Below are positions 1-10,051 of a stretch of DNA of 32,000 bases, in pieces (within the stretch, counting starts at the first letter, position 1; each line of letters begins with the position of its first letter). The notes beneath the pieces are model-generated. The model was not told the DNA's origin, did no database searches, and saw nothing but the letters and a program-made list of their open reading frames with translations. The translations under genes were made by a program, and so were the position numbers. The stretch spans positions 1,080,001-1,112,000 of the forward strand of contig FP565575.1 in NCBI GenBank assembly GCA_000091165.1, written 5' to 3'. This stretch comes from Candidatus Methylomirabilis oxygeniifera. Lineage in GTDB: Bacteria > Methylomirabilota > Methylomirabilia > Methylomirabilales > Methylomirabilaceae.

Positions 1-1
1 A

Positions 2-544
2 TTCACGGTGGCCCTCAACATCATCGCCGATTCCGGCTGGGACGAGGAGCGGTTCCGGGTCATTCGCGAGTGGGCCGCCGGTGTCCCCGAGATCGTCCAC
101 GTGACCGTAAACACCCCGTACCCCGGGACGGAGACCTGGTACACGGAGTCGAGGAAGCTGACCTCGCTCGACTACCGATTGTTCGACGTCCAGCATGCCG
201 TCCTGCCGACGACGCTGCCGTTGAAGCGGTTTTATGAAGAGCTGGTTAAGACCCAGGCGGTGTTGAATCGAAAGCACCTGGGCTGGGCCGCGGTCAGAGG
301 GACCTTCTCCACCGCGTCCAGGTTACTCATGCAGGGTCAGACGAACTTCGTTCGGATGCTCTGGAAGTTCTCGCAGGTGTACAATCCGGACCGGCAGTAC
401 GGCGATCACTTGAAAGAGGTGAAATATGTCTTGACGCCGCCGCCGGACAAACAGCCGATCAAGCCGACGCCGGCCAAGCTGTTCGTTCATGCGCAAGCGT
501 CGGTTGGACCGCGAGCGGCGCACGCCGAGGGGTCTGCCGGGTGA
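2..544 (+). CDS. hpnR: C-terminal part of hopanoid C-3 methylase-like B12-binding radical SAM protein (starts before window)
   Basis: Frame is open to the left window edge (FTVALNIIADSGWDEERF...); C-terminal motifs HLTVNTPYPGTE-like, RKLTSLDYRLFDVQHAVLPTTLPLKRFYEELVKTQ resemble HpnR family recalled from knowledge. Confidence 0.7.
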   Translation, partial: FTVALNIIADSGWDEERFRVIREWAAGVPEIVHVTVNTPYPGTETWYTESRKLTSLDYRLFDVQHAVLPTTLPLKRFYEELVKTQAVLNRKHLGWAAVRGTFSTASRLLMQGQTNFVRMLWKFSQVYNPDRQYGDHLKEVKYVLTPPPDKQPIKPTPAKLFVHAQASVGPRAAHAEGSAG

Positions 545-592
545 TAAGGCCTTGTCGCGTGAAGAGGCGACACTGATAAGGAGGAACGGTAC

Positions 593-1804
593 GTGAAAAG
601 GCAATTCATCGCGTTTGCGGTCGTGACGCTGCTGGCCGCAGGGCTGGCGTTGGCTTCCGAATGGTACATGAGCCACGATCACTGGTACGCCAAGGAACCG
701 GAAAAGGACTTCGCCCTGGCGAGGCTCATCGCCGACATTCGGGCGGCCACATCGCGGTACCAGGATCTGGAGCAGGCCAAGGCGGATGGGTATACGCAGA
801 TATCGGGGAATGTGCCGTTAGAGGGCTACCATTTTCGCAAGGCGGCTATCACGCAATTTGACTATTTTCATCCTTCCACGCTCCTCTATACCGAAAGGGA
901 GGGGCGCTGGCAACTGGTTGCGCTGAAATATACAGCCCCAGGTGCCCGTCCCGCCGAGAGCCCGTTTCAGGGAATCGAGTGGGAACGGAGTCTGGCGATC
1001 TGCCGCTATGCGGACGGGCAGGAGTCTCGATCGCCCTCCGCTGAAAGCTGCCCTCAGGTTCATCCTGACAGTAAAAGCGCATTTACTGCCTGGTATCCGG
1101 ATACGTGGGTGATCCGTCTCTGGATCTGGTATCCGAATCCGTACGGATTATTCGCAAGCATGAACCCTCTTCTGGCGCCGTTCGATGATCACACCATCCC
1201 GCCGGACGAAGCCGGAAGCTGGGAGACATGGCAAGCGCATACGGAGTTCTCGAACTTTAACCATCACTTCTCAGGATGGCTGGTACTCGTCATGGGGATG
1301 GCGATGACAGGCTCGGCCCTGTGGGGAGGTCAGAAGTCCAAGTATGCGCATCTCTGGCCGCTGATGACGCTGGGCGTCGCGTTATTCATCCTGTATCGGA
1401 GCGATCCGGAGTATTGGCCGTTTGGCCCGCGGACGCTGACCGAACTCCTGGGTGACCGGGAGGCTATCGAGCATAAGCTGTCGGGTGTCATCGTCCTTGC
1501 TATGGGATCCGTAGAATGGCTGCGGGCGCGCGGAATATTCAGCCATTGGCTGTGGGGCATGATCTTTCCATGGCTGGCCATCATGGGGGGAGTGACCCTG
1601 TTGTTCCATCTCCATCCCATCAGTAACTTCAACTACGTCGGGCGAGCCAATTCGCCCCACACAACCGAGGGGATCACCGCGATCCTGGCCGGCATGACGT
1701 ACCTCCTCGGATCGTTGGGGATCATGAAACAACGTTGGTGGGGGTTGGTTCCGGCGCTCTTTGTCATCCTGATGGGCGTGCAGCTTATCGTCTACGTCGA
1801 GTAG
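593..1804 (+). CDS. Uncharacterised exported/multi-pass membrane protein, 403 aa
   Basis: Long ORF with N-terminal signal/TM segment, a soluble ~180-aa domain, then several C-terminal hydrophobic segments. Confidence 0.8.
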   Translation: MKRQFIAFAVVTLLAAGLALASEWYMSHDHWYAKEPEKDFALARLIADIRAATSRYQDLEQAKADGYTQISGNVPLEGYHFRKAAITQFDYFHPSTLLYTEREGRWQLVALKYTAPGARPAESPFQGIEWERSLAICRYADGQESRSPSAESCPQVHPDSKSAFTAWYPDTWVIRLWIWYPNPYGLFASMNPLLAPFDDHTIPPDEAGSWETWQAHTEFSNFNHHFSGWLVLVMGMAMTGSALWGGQKSKYAHLWPLMTLGVALFILYRSDPEYWPFGPRTLTELLGDREAIEHKLSGVIVLAMGSVEWLRARGIFSHWLWGMIFPWLAIMGGVTLLFHLHPISNFNYVGRANSPHTTEGITAILAGMTYLLGSLGIMKQRWWGLVPALFVILMGVQLIVYVE

Positions 1805-1820
1805 AAGCGAGACGTGGGTT

Positions 1821-2459
1821 CTATTTCTTCTTCCACGTTCCGTTGGATTCGGTGCGTCGCTTCAGGCTTAATAGCGCGTCGGACAAATCCTGCTTGATCA
1901 GCGCATCTTCCAGAAATCTAGGAAGAAACATGCCGCTGTCCACGGTAGTGCTGTAGCGAAGCATGGTCCTGCCCTGACTGTACGGGAGGAACTCCCAGGT
2001 ACCGGATGTATCTGCGATGTCGTGTTGTCTCGATTTATCCAGCGTCCAACTTACTGTTCGCTGCGCGGGCGTGAAGATCAGGTCGATCGTATAACTGATC
2101 ACGCCCAGCGGAACGTGAACCGTCTCGGTAACCTTCATCGTGCCTTGCGTCTTTTCAAGAACGTCGACCTTCTCAAGCCTCGGCATAAATTCGGCGAACT
2201 TCTGATAGTTCACCATGATCGCCCACACGGCATCTGGCGGCCTGTTGATGACGCAGTAGGCTTTGATTCTGGCGCCGCTCGTACCGTCTCCAGTGGGGTG
2301 GTCTTTTGCTTTGAGCACGACGCCGCCCTTTTCTATCTTGGTTAATTCACGGGCCGTCAGTCCGCTGGTCGCAAACGTGCCGGCCCCGAAAGAGGCCGTC
2401 GAAAGCAGGAATACGGACGCGGCACATACGAGCGGTATGACCTTGATCTTGTGTAACAC
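1821..2459 (-). CDS. Exported SRPBCC/START-like (polyketide cyclase/coenzyme Q-binding type) protein
   Basis: Signal peptide (VCAASVFLLSTASFG) followed by PPDAVWAIMVNYQKFAEFMPRLEKVDVLEK, typical SRPBCC start. Confidence 0.75.
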   Translation of the reverse strand: MLHKIKVIPLVCAASVFLLSTASFGAGTFATSGLTARELTKIEKGGVVLKAKDHPTGDGTSGARIKAYCVINRPPDAVWAIMVNYQKFAEFMPRLEKVDVLEKTQGTMKVTETVHVPLGVISYTIDLIFTPAQRTVSWTLDKSRQHDIADTSGTWEFLPYSQGRTMLRYSTTVDSGMFLPRFLEDALIKQDLSDALLSLKRRTESNGTWKKK

Positions 2460-2633
2460 GTAAAAGAACCTCCAGGTGGCGTTTCGCCATCGGCGCGGCT
2501 ATACTGACACGTCACACGTACGGTGTGGAATCATATCGCGGTTTGTCCATTGTGTCCATCACGTACGATGAGGCCCGGTATACGTAGCTCGTCTCCTTTG
2601 CGGCTTTGCACGCTGATACCCTTCCTCACGCGG

Positions 2634-4292
2634 TTACAGCAGTCCCAGCATCCGGTGCAATACGTACAAGCCTCCCCAGATAATGACGAAGCCTGCAATA
2701 TCCAACAGGATGCCGGCGCGCATCATTTTCGGGAGGGGCACGAGGCCTGAGCCGTACACGATTGCGTTGGGCGGAGTCGAAACAGGGAGCATGAATCCGA
2801 AACTGGCGCCCAGGCACGCCCCCATGGCCGGCGGCAACGGGTTGAGGCCGGCGGCCTGCGCAATCGCGATTACGACTGGAATGATCATATTTGCCGACGC
2901 GGTGTTGCTTGCCGCCTCAGAGATCGCAATCGCCATCGCGATCGACAAACCCGTCAGTCCCCAGAGGGAGCTGACGCCGAGGTAACCGGTGAGGGCCGTG
3001 CCGATCGCCTCGGCCACACCGGTTTTGAACATCAATGAGCCGAGCGCCAACCCGCCGCCGAACAGCAAGATCGTGCCCCAATCGATCTTGACCGCCTCCG
3101 GCCACGTTAACGTAAACTCCCATTGCGACAGGTTGACCGGGAGCAGGAACAGGAGGATCGCGGCAGCGATTGCGACGATCGACTCCGGCAGGTGCATGCC
3201 CATCCATCGACCCCACCAGGATCCTGCAAACCATGGCAGTTGTAGAATGCCCGGCATTACCCACAGTGTGACCGCAACGCTGAACGCGACGACTGTATTG
3301 ATCTGCCCCCTCGTCCACGGGCCGAGCTTACGACGTTCGCTACGGATATACTCCAGCAAATGGCTTCCCATGCCGACAGTGAGATCGCCGGGTGTGACCT
3401 GGGCTGTTCCGCCATCCTGATTGCTCGGTGCGCTTGCCGGGTCCGTGCCTGCAGGATGCAGCAGATAGAGGAGCGTGAACAGCGTCAGACCCATCACCAG
3501 GAGCAACGGGAGGGCAATCGCCATCCAACGGAAAAAACTGAGGTCGATGCCTGTTGCTGCACGGATGAGCCCGATGCCGATCAGGTTGGGGGGTGAACCA
3601 ACCGGCGTCCCAATGCCGCCGATCGACGCGCTGAACGCCACGATCAGCATCATACCCGTGGCGAACGGCCAGGTCGTCGTCTCGATCGAATCCCGCGCGA
3701 GTCCCCTGGCGACACGCACGTCGTGCAGCGCACGCAGGATGCCCAGTGCAATCGGGAGCATCATGGCGGTGGTGGCGCTGTTGCTGACCCACATCGAGAG
3801 CACGGCGGTCACCAGCCCCAGGCCCACCATGGTTCTCGCCGGAGAGGAACCGATCGACGGGATCGACAGGAACTCTAACGCAATGCGACGGTCGAGCCCG
3901 TGGATCGTCATCGCTCGAGCGATCATGAATCCTCCAATGAACACGAAGATGATCGGATCGGCAAAGTGGGCCAATACGACGGCTGCCGGCGACTTACCCG
4001 GCTCCTCCGGCACTGCTCCCAACGCAACGCACAACACCGCGCCCAGCAGGGCCGACACGGGCAGGGGGATGACCTCGCTGACCCACAATACCGTCACAGC
4101 CGAAAGGATCGCGGCCAGCTTCTGACCTTCCGGACGGAGGCCGCTACACAGGAAATAGGTCAGGAAAAAGGTGGGGAGGAGAAGAATCGCGCCCAGGCGT
4201 TTTCGCCAGGTTTCGAACAGTTGCTCCCCGGCGGAGATCCTTTCCTGCGGTACAGCGGAAGCGGGTTCGACTCGCGACTCTGTCTGTGGCAT
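2634..4292 (-). CDS. DASS/SLC13 family anion:sodium symporter
   Basis: 552-aa ORF with many TM segments; FVFIGGFMIARAM, MWVSNSATTAMMLPI, EAASNTASANMIIPVVIAIAQAAG, SFGFMLPVSTPPNAIVYGSG are classic DASS motifs. Confidence 0.93.
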   Translation of the reverse strand: MPQTESRVEPASAVPQERISAGEQLFETWRKRLGAILLLPTFFLTYFLCSGLRPEGQKLAAILSAVTVLWVSEVIPLPVSALLGAVLCVALGAVPEEPGKSPAAVVLAHFADPIIFVFIGGFMIARAMTIHGLDRRIALEFLSIPSIGSSPARTMVGLGLVTAVLSMWVSNSATTAMMLPIALGILRALHDVRVARGLARDSIETTTWPFATGMMLIVAFSASIGGIGTPVGSPPNLIGIGLIRAATGIDLSFFRWMAIALPLLLVMGLTLFTLLYLLHPAGTDPASAPSNQDGGTAQVTPGDLTVGMGSHLLEYIRSERRKLGPWTRGQINTVVAFSVAVTLWVMPGILQLPWFAGSWWGRWMGMHLPESIVAIAAAILLFLLPVNLSQWEFTLTWPEAVKIDWGTILLFGGGLALGSLMFKTGVAEAIGTALTGYLGVSSLWGLTGLSIAMAIAISEAASNTASANMIIPVVIAIAQAAGLNPLPPAMGACLGASFGFMLPVSTPPNAIVYGSGLVPLPKMMRAGILLDIAGFVIIWGGLYVLHRMLGLL

Positions 4293-4699
4293 CGTCCATC
4301 CTCACACACTGCTGAACACCATGCTACTCATCTCATCTCGGCCTTGATCCCGGAAAAGCTCGTACTGAGTTACCCGTTGCTCACAACCGCGCTTCAGATT
4401 CTGTGGGCAACTCGCGAAAGTCAAACCCGCGCTACAGACCATTTGCGCAGATCGACTCCGCAAAGACTGCTCTGCGTCTAGGGCTTTTCCATCAGCCTGC
4501 ACACAGTCACCTTGTGACCGCCGCCATGGGCGCGCTCCTTCACGGTCGCGCGGATGATCCCGTAGATGACGCCGGGCTGCGAGCGGTCCCAGGCGATGCC
4601 CTGGCCATGGATGTTCGATGATGTCCGCGAGCTCCCGCACCGGGCCGGATTTCGGCAGCCGCATCCGGTGTAGAACGTTGGAAGCGAGAGCGCATCGTG

Positions 4700-5170
4700 T
4701 CAGTCACCACCGTTGATGTGTCCCTGAATTCTCCAACCGCCGTTATGCTTGCGGAAACACAACTGGGAGTAGGAAAACGGCTTCTTGTCGAGTGCCCCAT
4801 GAGGTGTGCACAGTTGCCCGTCGAGTTTCTTCTCGAAGTGCGTGCTGAAGATAGCACGCCGAAATTCCACCCAGCCGTGATCTCTGTACTCGGGACGGAG
4901 ATTGGCGTTGTTGAATTCAAAGTGTGCGCTGAAGTTCCGGGTTGGCGGTGCTGATGGATCAAACGAACCGCCAAAGTCTCGGGCAATGTAATAGTCATGG
5001 GCGAGCAAGGCGTAGACGGCTGATGCGTCCTTCTTTCGGGCCGCGGCTTTGAGAGACGCGATGAAGTCTTGAAACCGGCGCTCAGTGGTGTGCAACGCAA
5101 TCGGCTCCGATTCGGCAGCCAACACGCCACTTGCGTAAAAGAACACGAGGAGGAGTACGGAGCGGAGCAT
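4700..5170 (-). CDS. Small exported hypothetical protein (156 aa)
   Basis: ORF with clear signal peptide MLRSVLLLVFFYASGVLAAES. Confidence 0.65.
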   Translation of the reverse strand: MLRSVLLLVFFYASGVLAAESEPIALHTTERRFQDFIASLKAAARKKDASAVYALLAHDYYIARDFGGSFDPSAPPTRNFSAHFEFNNANLRPEYRDHGWVEFRRAIFSTHFEKKLDGQLCTPHGALDKKPFSYSQLCFRKHNGGWRIQGHINGGD

Positions 5171-5242
5171 GTGCTTTAACGATCGAGATCACAAGCGCGC
5201 GGTGCGCCGGCACCAGGAGTCAGGCCGAGCGTATTGTTGAGC

Positions 5243-5959
5243 CTAATCGCCACGGTAGTAGAGCCCCTCGATCAGTTCTGCACCCTGACCATGGTCTACG
5301 AAACGCGCCCAGCCAACCAAGCCCATTGGGGTCTTGATGAGGTAGTGCTCACCCTCGTTGAGCAGCACTGTGAGTTGTGCTCCCGATGGAATCGACGCAA
5401 CCGGCTCCTTTTCACTCTTATCAGAAAATATCGTGATATCTTGCTTCGCTTTCGAGTCCAGACCAACGTAATAGAAGGGCTGTCGAATCTCAACAAGCTT
5501 TCCGTTCTTCAGAACGAATGTTTTTCTCTGGTTGTAGTGATTATTGGTATGGCCCGTCACGTATACGGCTCCATTTCCTGGGACGAACAGCTCAAGCCCC
5601 CAGATATCTCCAACGATCATGTCGGTTCCTACGGGTGATATGAGAAACCCAGGATCCGCACTCAGTCCATCCGTATAGGTGATGGTAAAGCGATCCCGGG
5701 ACGTCCGATCGATTCTAGTATCCAGAACGTCTACAATGGGAATACCGCTGTCTTTGCCGACGTGCGGCTGATTCCGTACGGTCGATACTGCAGGATCGTA
5801 ATGCACGCGAATCTTGAACTCTGGAAACACGCTTTTCACTTCCACGGTGTTCAGGCGCGAAAAAGGCTCCGGTTCTGCGGCGTTAACGGATGCTGCGAGC
5901 ACGAGCACAGTAAAGATTAAAGTCTTCTTGGCGTGCGTTCTTCTTAAGTGTATGGACAT
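5243..5959 (-). CDS. Exported hypothetical protein with C-terminal SH3-like region
   Basis: Signal peptide (LIFTVLVLAASVNA); C-terminal VASIPSGAQLTVLLNEGEHYLIKTPMGLVGWARF resembles bacterial SH3. Confidence 0.7.
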   Translation of the reverse strand: MSIHLRRTHAKKTLIFTVLVLAASVNAAEPEPFSRLNTVEVKSVFPEFKIRVHYDPAVSTVRNQPHVGKDSGIPIVDVLDTRIDRTSRDRFTITYTDGLSADPGFLISPVGTDMIVGDIWGLELFVPGNGAVYVTGHTNNHYNQRKTFVLKNGKLVEIRQPFYYVGLDSKAKQDITIFSDKSEKEPVASIPSGAQLTVLLNEGEHYLIKTPMGLVGWARFVDHGQGAELIEGLYYRGD

Positions 5960-6553
5960 TCAGATGCCTTTCAGCAGGGCTTCAAAGATAGGCTGAGCAC
6001 CCGTGAGTGGGAAAGTGGCCGACAGAACAATTGCGCGGTTTCTACCATCGATGACGGCAACCTCAATGCTATCCGCCCCCTGTAGTACCTGCGTGATAAC
6101 TTTGCGGACGTGGCCCTGCGTATTGCGAGTATGATGACTTGCACTGAAGACAAAGCCGTCATTCACATCAGCGCTCAACCAACCGCCCAAGCTCAGCATG
6201 TGAACAGCGGGGGTGCCGGCCTTAGTGACAGTGATTTTCATGAGCTTGTGGTCTTCCGCTGGGGCGCCGGGGCCCTCAAAGTACGCGAAGTCGAAGCCTG
6301 TGATCCGGGTGATCGGGGAGACCGTGAACTCGAGGGCAATCATTCCAGTTGAGCCCTTGCTGTCTTGGGTTGCATTGAATTGAAGACGTGTCGAACAATT
6401 CGATCCCAGGACTATGGACGTCTGTTCAATGAAGGCTTTTCTGAACTCATGATGATTGACCTCGTAGTGCCATTGCCCCTGAATAAATAGCGTTGGTGCA
6501 TACGCCAAGACCGAAACGAAGGCCGTCGTTGCGAGATTCAACCAAGGGGGCAT
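5960..6553 (-). CDS. Hypothetical membrane-anchored/exported protein (197 aa)
   Basis: ORF directly upstream of 5243..5959 on the same strand, N-terminal hydrophobic segment. Confidence 0.6.
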   Translation of the reverse strand: MPPWLNLATTAFVSVLAYAPTLFIQGQWHYEVNHHEFRKAFIEQTSIVLGSNCSTRLQFNATQDSKGSTGMIALEFTVSPITRITGFDFAYFEGPGAPAEDHKLMKITVTKAGTPAVHMLSLGGWLSADVNDGFVFSASHHTRNTQGHVRKVITQVLQGADSIEVAVIDGRNRAIVLSATFPLTGAQPIFEALLKGI

Positions 6554-6707
6554 TTGAGCCTCATAAGTTCGAATGAAAGCAATTCGCCCGAACCATTGAG
6601 TATACTGACCGGCCTATTACCATCGAACACTTATAATGACTGCGGCGATTCTCCTTTCAATTGAGGACCTTGTCAAGTCTACACGGCGCCGGTTGGTATC
6701 GGCAAAG

Positions 6708-6741
6708 GCCGACCAGCATAATCCCATTACGGCTGATCGGC
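6708..6741. repeat. Imperfect inverted repeat (hairpin A) beside integrase fragment
   Basis: GCCGACCAGC (6708-6717) / GCTGATCGGC (6732-6741), 9/10 paired, loop ATAATCCCATTACG; comparable hairpin at 13014..13041. Confidence 0.65.
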
Positions 6742-6749
6742 ATAATTCG

Positions 6750-6912
6750 GTGAGGGTGAGGCGGTCTAGCGGGCTCCGGACTCCTTTCCCACCGCGGTTT
6801 AAAACGTGGGTGCAATCATGGTGGTGCTGACGTCGGTATGTCCCAGCAGCTCTTGGACCGTGCGGATATCGTAGCCATCTTCCAGCGGATGGGTGGCAAA
6901 GGAATGGGGACC
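6750..6912 (-). pseudogene. C-terminal fragment of a tyrosine recombinase (integron-integrase-like)
   Basis: Minus strand reads [31 protein letters not shown], then a 1-nt frameshift, then [16 protein letters not shown]; no N-terminal part present. Confidence 0.85.
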
Positions 6913-6916
6913 ATCA

Positions 6917-7011
6917 GTGAAAATCGTGGCTGGGAGCGCTGGCGAGATCATGCTGGAGTTGCGGGTGCCAAGAGGCGGTCGGCGACGAGGTAGACGACGC
7001 CCGCCTCGGCC
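6917..7011 (-). pseudogene. Fragment of the 3' end of a second, diverged dnaE2
   Basis: Minus strand GAGGCGGGCGTCGTCTACCTCGTCGCCGACCGCCTC..TGGCACCCGCAACT...CACGATTTTCACTGA matches the last ~30 codons of the complete dnaE2 at 13303 with frameshifting indels. Confidence 0.85.
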
Positions 7012-7017
7012 GCCATC

Positions 7018-9234
7018 CTATCTCACCCGTACCGAGACCGTATTCGAGTATGTAGATACGCGCCCCGTCGTCGCGTTGAAGGCCTGGACGCGGTAGGTGT
7101 ATCTCCCCGATCTCGGGCTTTCCGTGTACGTCGTGACGCTCGCGCCGGTCTGACCGACGCGTACGTACGACGCCGTACCCGTGGGCGCCCGCTCTACGTA
7201 GAAGCCCTGCTCATTCGAGGAGTTATCGGTCCACCGGAGCGTCACCGCCTGCTTCCGCAACGCTGACGCCGTCAGGCCAGAGGGTGCGTTGATCGCGTTC
7301 GGGTCCGAGGTAGCTGTGATGTCCGTACTCGTGCTCCCGGTCGCCTCCCTGTTGTCGGTAACGGTGAGCGTTGCTGTGTACGAACCGGGCGACGTGTACG
7401 TGTGGTTGGTCGTGACGCCGGAGTCCGTCGAGCCGTCGCCGAAGGCCCAGACGTAGGAGGCGATCGAGCCGTCAGGGTCGCTGGACGCGCCGGCGTCGAA
7501 AGCCACGTTCAGCGGCGCGATGCCCGAGGCAGGCGCGGCGGTGAACGTGGCGACGGGCGGAGCGTTGGGCGTTCCCGCAGGCAAGACGAAGAGCGTAACA
7601 CTCTGGCCCGGCACCTGGGTCGTCAGCGTGCTGCCGGAGAGGGCGACGTCTGGCAGGTGGTTGATCGCGTTCGCGGAAGTGAGCTGCCATACCTGTGCGG
7701 TGCCGCTCGAGGAGAAGTTTGCGATGTTGATACTGAGGTCCACGGTCGCGGCCGTCGGATTCGAGACGTACTTGCTCACGATCATGATTGTAAGCGCGCC
7801 ATCGCTCGTCCGCTGCGCCGCGAAGGCGGCCACGTTGTCCGGATTGGGCCCAGTCGCCGAGACGCTCACGTTCCCGAACGTGGACTTCGCCCCGTCGTAG
7901 TTCCGGTACATCTTCATGGCCTTATACGTCGGCGTCGAGGGGTCTGGCGTCGTCCAGCGCGTCCCGATGTCGAGCCCCTCTCGGCCGAAGATGCCGTAGA
8001 TGTCTGCCTGCGCCGTCGCGCCGTTGATGTGGCCTTCGGCCCCCCAGTTGTATTCTGTGATACCTATCAGCAGACCCGGGTAATACGAGGCCACCCAGCC
8101 TTTCAGACGGGGGATGAGCTTGACCGTGTCGTCGATCCAGGTGGGGTCCACGTACGCCGGGTCCCACAGCGAGCGCGTGGAGCGGTTCCGGGTCTGCTGC
8201 ATCGAGACGGACGTGTCGTTCCCGAACTCGCCGCCCTGCGGGTAATAGTGGACGGTGAAGATGTCGAGGACGCGGTTGCCCGTCAAGACCTCGTTCTGGT
8301 GGAGCTGGTCGAGGAGCCACGGTAGATAGTCCCAGTTACCGTTCGTTTGCCTGTCGGGGTAGCAGCACCAGCCGTGGGCGGCCGCGTATTGCTGGTCGTA
8401 GCCACTGTAGAAATAGCCGCTCCAGCCCCATTCCTCCGGTCCCGCGACGAGCGCCGTCGGATCCTCGGCCTTGATGGCCCCCGCGTAGTCCAGGATTTTC
8501 TGGCGGATCTCGGCCATCGTGGGGCCCGTCGGGTGAACGTCCTGGTGCGTCGAGAACCAGATCGAGTGCTCGTTGTCGAGAAGGTAGTACTTCAGGCCGC
8601 CGTTGTTCGCCGTGCCCCAGGTCGTGACGATGTGGTGAACCCAGTCCCGCTGCCTCACCGTCTTGGTAGAGTCGTTCGCCGAACTCGTGACGTTTGCGTC
8701 GAGGGGGTCGTTCCACGTGATGGTGGCCCCGTCGCTTGCGCGGACGCCATTCCCCGCGTCCGGATACCACTGCGCGTCGTTGCCGGTCTGCGCCCCGTAC
8801 TTCGCAATCGAGTAGCTCGCGAGCTTGCCGCGATTCGGGCCGAGCTTTGCCACGTAGTCGAGCATCGGGATCGTGATCATCGGCTGGGCGCCGGCGGTCT
8901 TGCTGTTGCCGATGAACGTGTCGCCTCGCTCGCCGGGCGTTGCGCTTGTGTCGGGGATGCTCTCGAAGTACCAGTCGGCATCGCGGTTGTCGGCGTTGAG
9001 CATCCAGTTGTAGCGGGAGGAATTGTTCCCGCCATAACGGTTCAGCGGCGCATTAAGGTCGGACAGCGCGCTCCCGCCGTAGGCCACGCCGTAGATGAAC
9101 GGGCTGATCACGTGGCGGTTTGCGTTGACGTCCACATTGACCGTGGCCGTGGGGTTCTGCGCAAGTGCGATCGGCGCGATGAGCACGATAGATGCCAGCG
9201 CTCCCTTCAGGGCCATCCCCACACTTGTCTTCAT
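7018..9234 (-). CDS. Secreted glycoside hydrolase family 44 enzyme with PKD domain and C-terminal FN3-like domain
   Basis: Signal peptide MKTSVGMALKGALASIVLIAPIALA; GVAYGGSALSDLNAPLNRYGGNNSSRYNW, LLDNEHSIW, GITEYNWG; PKD motif (YVWAFGDGSTDSG...NHTYTSPGSYTATLTV) and FN3-like APSGLTASALRKQAVTLRWTDNS. ORF may extend to 9348 but MKTS start fits a signal peptide. Confidence 0.88.
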   Translation of the reverse strand: MKTSVGMALKGALASIVLIAPIALAQNPTATVNVDVNANRHVISPFIYGVAYGGSALSDLNAPLNRYGGNNSSRYNWMLNADNRDADWYFESIPDTSATPGERGDTFIGNSKTAGAQPMITIPMLDYVAKLGPNRGKLASYSIAKYGAQTGNDAQWYPDAGNGVRASDGATITWNDPLDANVTSSANDSTKTVRQRDWVHHIVTTWGTANNGGLKYYLLDNEHSIWFSTHQDVHPTGPTMAEIRQKILDYAGAIKAEDPTALVAGPEEWGWSGYFYSGYDQQYAAAHGWCCYPDRQTNGNWDYLPWLLDQLHQNEVLTGNRVLDIFTVHYYPQGGEFGNDTSVSMQQTRNRSTRSLWDPAYVDPTWIDDTVKLIPRLKGWVASYYPGLLIGITEYNWGAEGHINGATAQADIYGIFGREGLDIGTRWTTPDPSTPTYKAMKMYRNYDGAKSTFGNVSVSATGPNPDNVAAFAAQRTSDGALTIMIVSKYVSNPTAATVDLSINIANFSSSGTAQVWQLTSANAINHLPDVALSGSTLTTQVPGQSVTLFVLPAGTPNAPPVATFTAAPASGIAPLNVAFDAGASSDPDGSIASYVWAFGDGSTDSGVTTNHTYTSPGSYTATLTVTDNREATGSTSTDITATSDPNAINAPSGLTASALRKQAVTLRWTDNSSNEQGFYVERAPTGTASYVRVGQTGASVTTYTESPRSGRYTYRVQAFNATTGRVSTYSNTVSVRVR

Positions 9235-9403
9235 CCGCCGCCTCCCTCGACGTGGGGCAGGCGTCGATTCCTGCGGTTCCGAAGATCCGCGAGAACCAAC
9301 CCGCCGAGTCCGCCGTCCCAGAACTGAGGACCGATACCGACAAGACACTCTACGCGATCGAAGCGCTCTCGCTCATGAGGAGGCTCTGCCGGCATAGCGC
9401 TCG

Positions 9404-9910
9404 CTAAAACACGCGGAACTTGCTCTTCTTCGCGCCGCAGAGTGGGCACGTGTCAGGCGGCTCGCCTTCCCCGGTCCAGCCACAGGCCGAGCAGACGTAC
9501 ATCGGCCCCAGCGCGATGTCCTGGTTGCCAATCGCGGCCTCTTTGGCTTTGGTGTACAGGCCGGCGTGGACCTTCTCGGCCTGCAAGGCCCAGTCGGCCG
9601 AGCGGCGGGCCGCATTCTCGTCCTGGAGTTCGGCGACGGCGATGTAGGCGGGGTACATCTCGTGCACCTCGAAGGTCTCGCCGCCGAGGGCCGCCTCCAG
9701 GTTGTCCGCCACGTCGCCGATGCCGCCCAAGACCCGCAGGTGGCCGGTGGCGTGGACCTGCTCGGCGAAGGAGATGGCTCGAAACAGCCGGGCGATCTCC
9801 GGCCGACCCTTGCGCTCCGCCTGGTCCGCGAAGGCCAGGTACTTCATATGCGCCTGGCTTTCGCCGGCGAACGCCGCTTTCAGGTTCTCTTCGGTCATCT
9901 TGTGCATCAT
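9404..9910 (-). CDS. rbr: Rubrerythrin
   Basis: LKAAFAGESQAHMKYLAFADQAE plus C-terminal rubredoxin-like YVCSACGWTGEGEPPDTCPLCGAKKSKF. Confidence 0.93.
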   Translation of the reverse strand: MMHKMTEENLKAAFAGESQAHMKYLAFADQAERKGRPEIARLFRAISFAEQVHATGHLRVLGGIGDVADNLEAALGGETFEVHEMYPAYIAVAELQDENAARRSADWALQAEKVHAGLYTKAKEAAIGNQDIALGPMYVCSACGWTGEGEPPDTCPLCGAKKSKFRVF

Positions 9911-10051
9911 GTCCTCCTGTGGATTGGTGTCTTGGTACGTTCAGTGCCTTCGCTAAATAGTGTAGAGTGGGCCGACTCCAACGACGTTCGTTTGGCGGCT
10001 GCGCGCACAGCCGTTGGCCCACGGTCAAAGTGTGGAGGACTGGCCCCCGCT

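Noticed and set aside
4302-4664. Minus-strand 120-aa ORF and short GQGIAWDRSQPGVIYGIIRATVKERAHGGGHKVTVCRLMEKP reading in another frame
   Set aside because: Could be remnant coding sequence but no family could be supported; not listed as a gene.
7402-9327. Plus-strand ORFs of 307 and 326 aa
   Set aside because: Antisense to the well-supported GH44 gene; no recognisable motifs.
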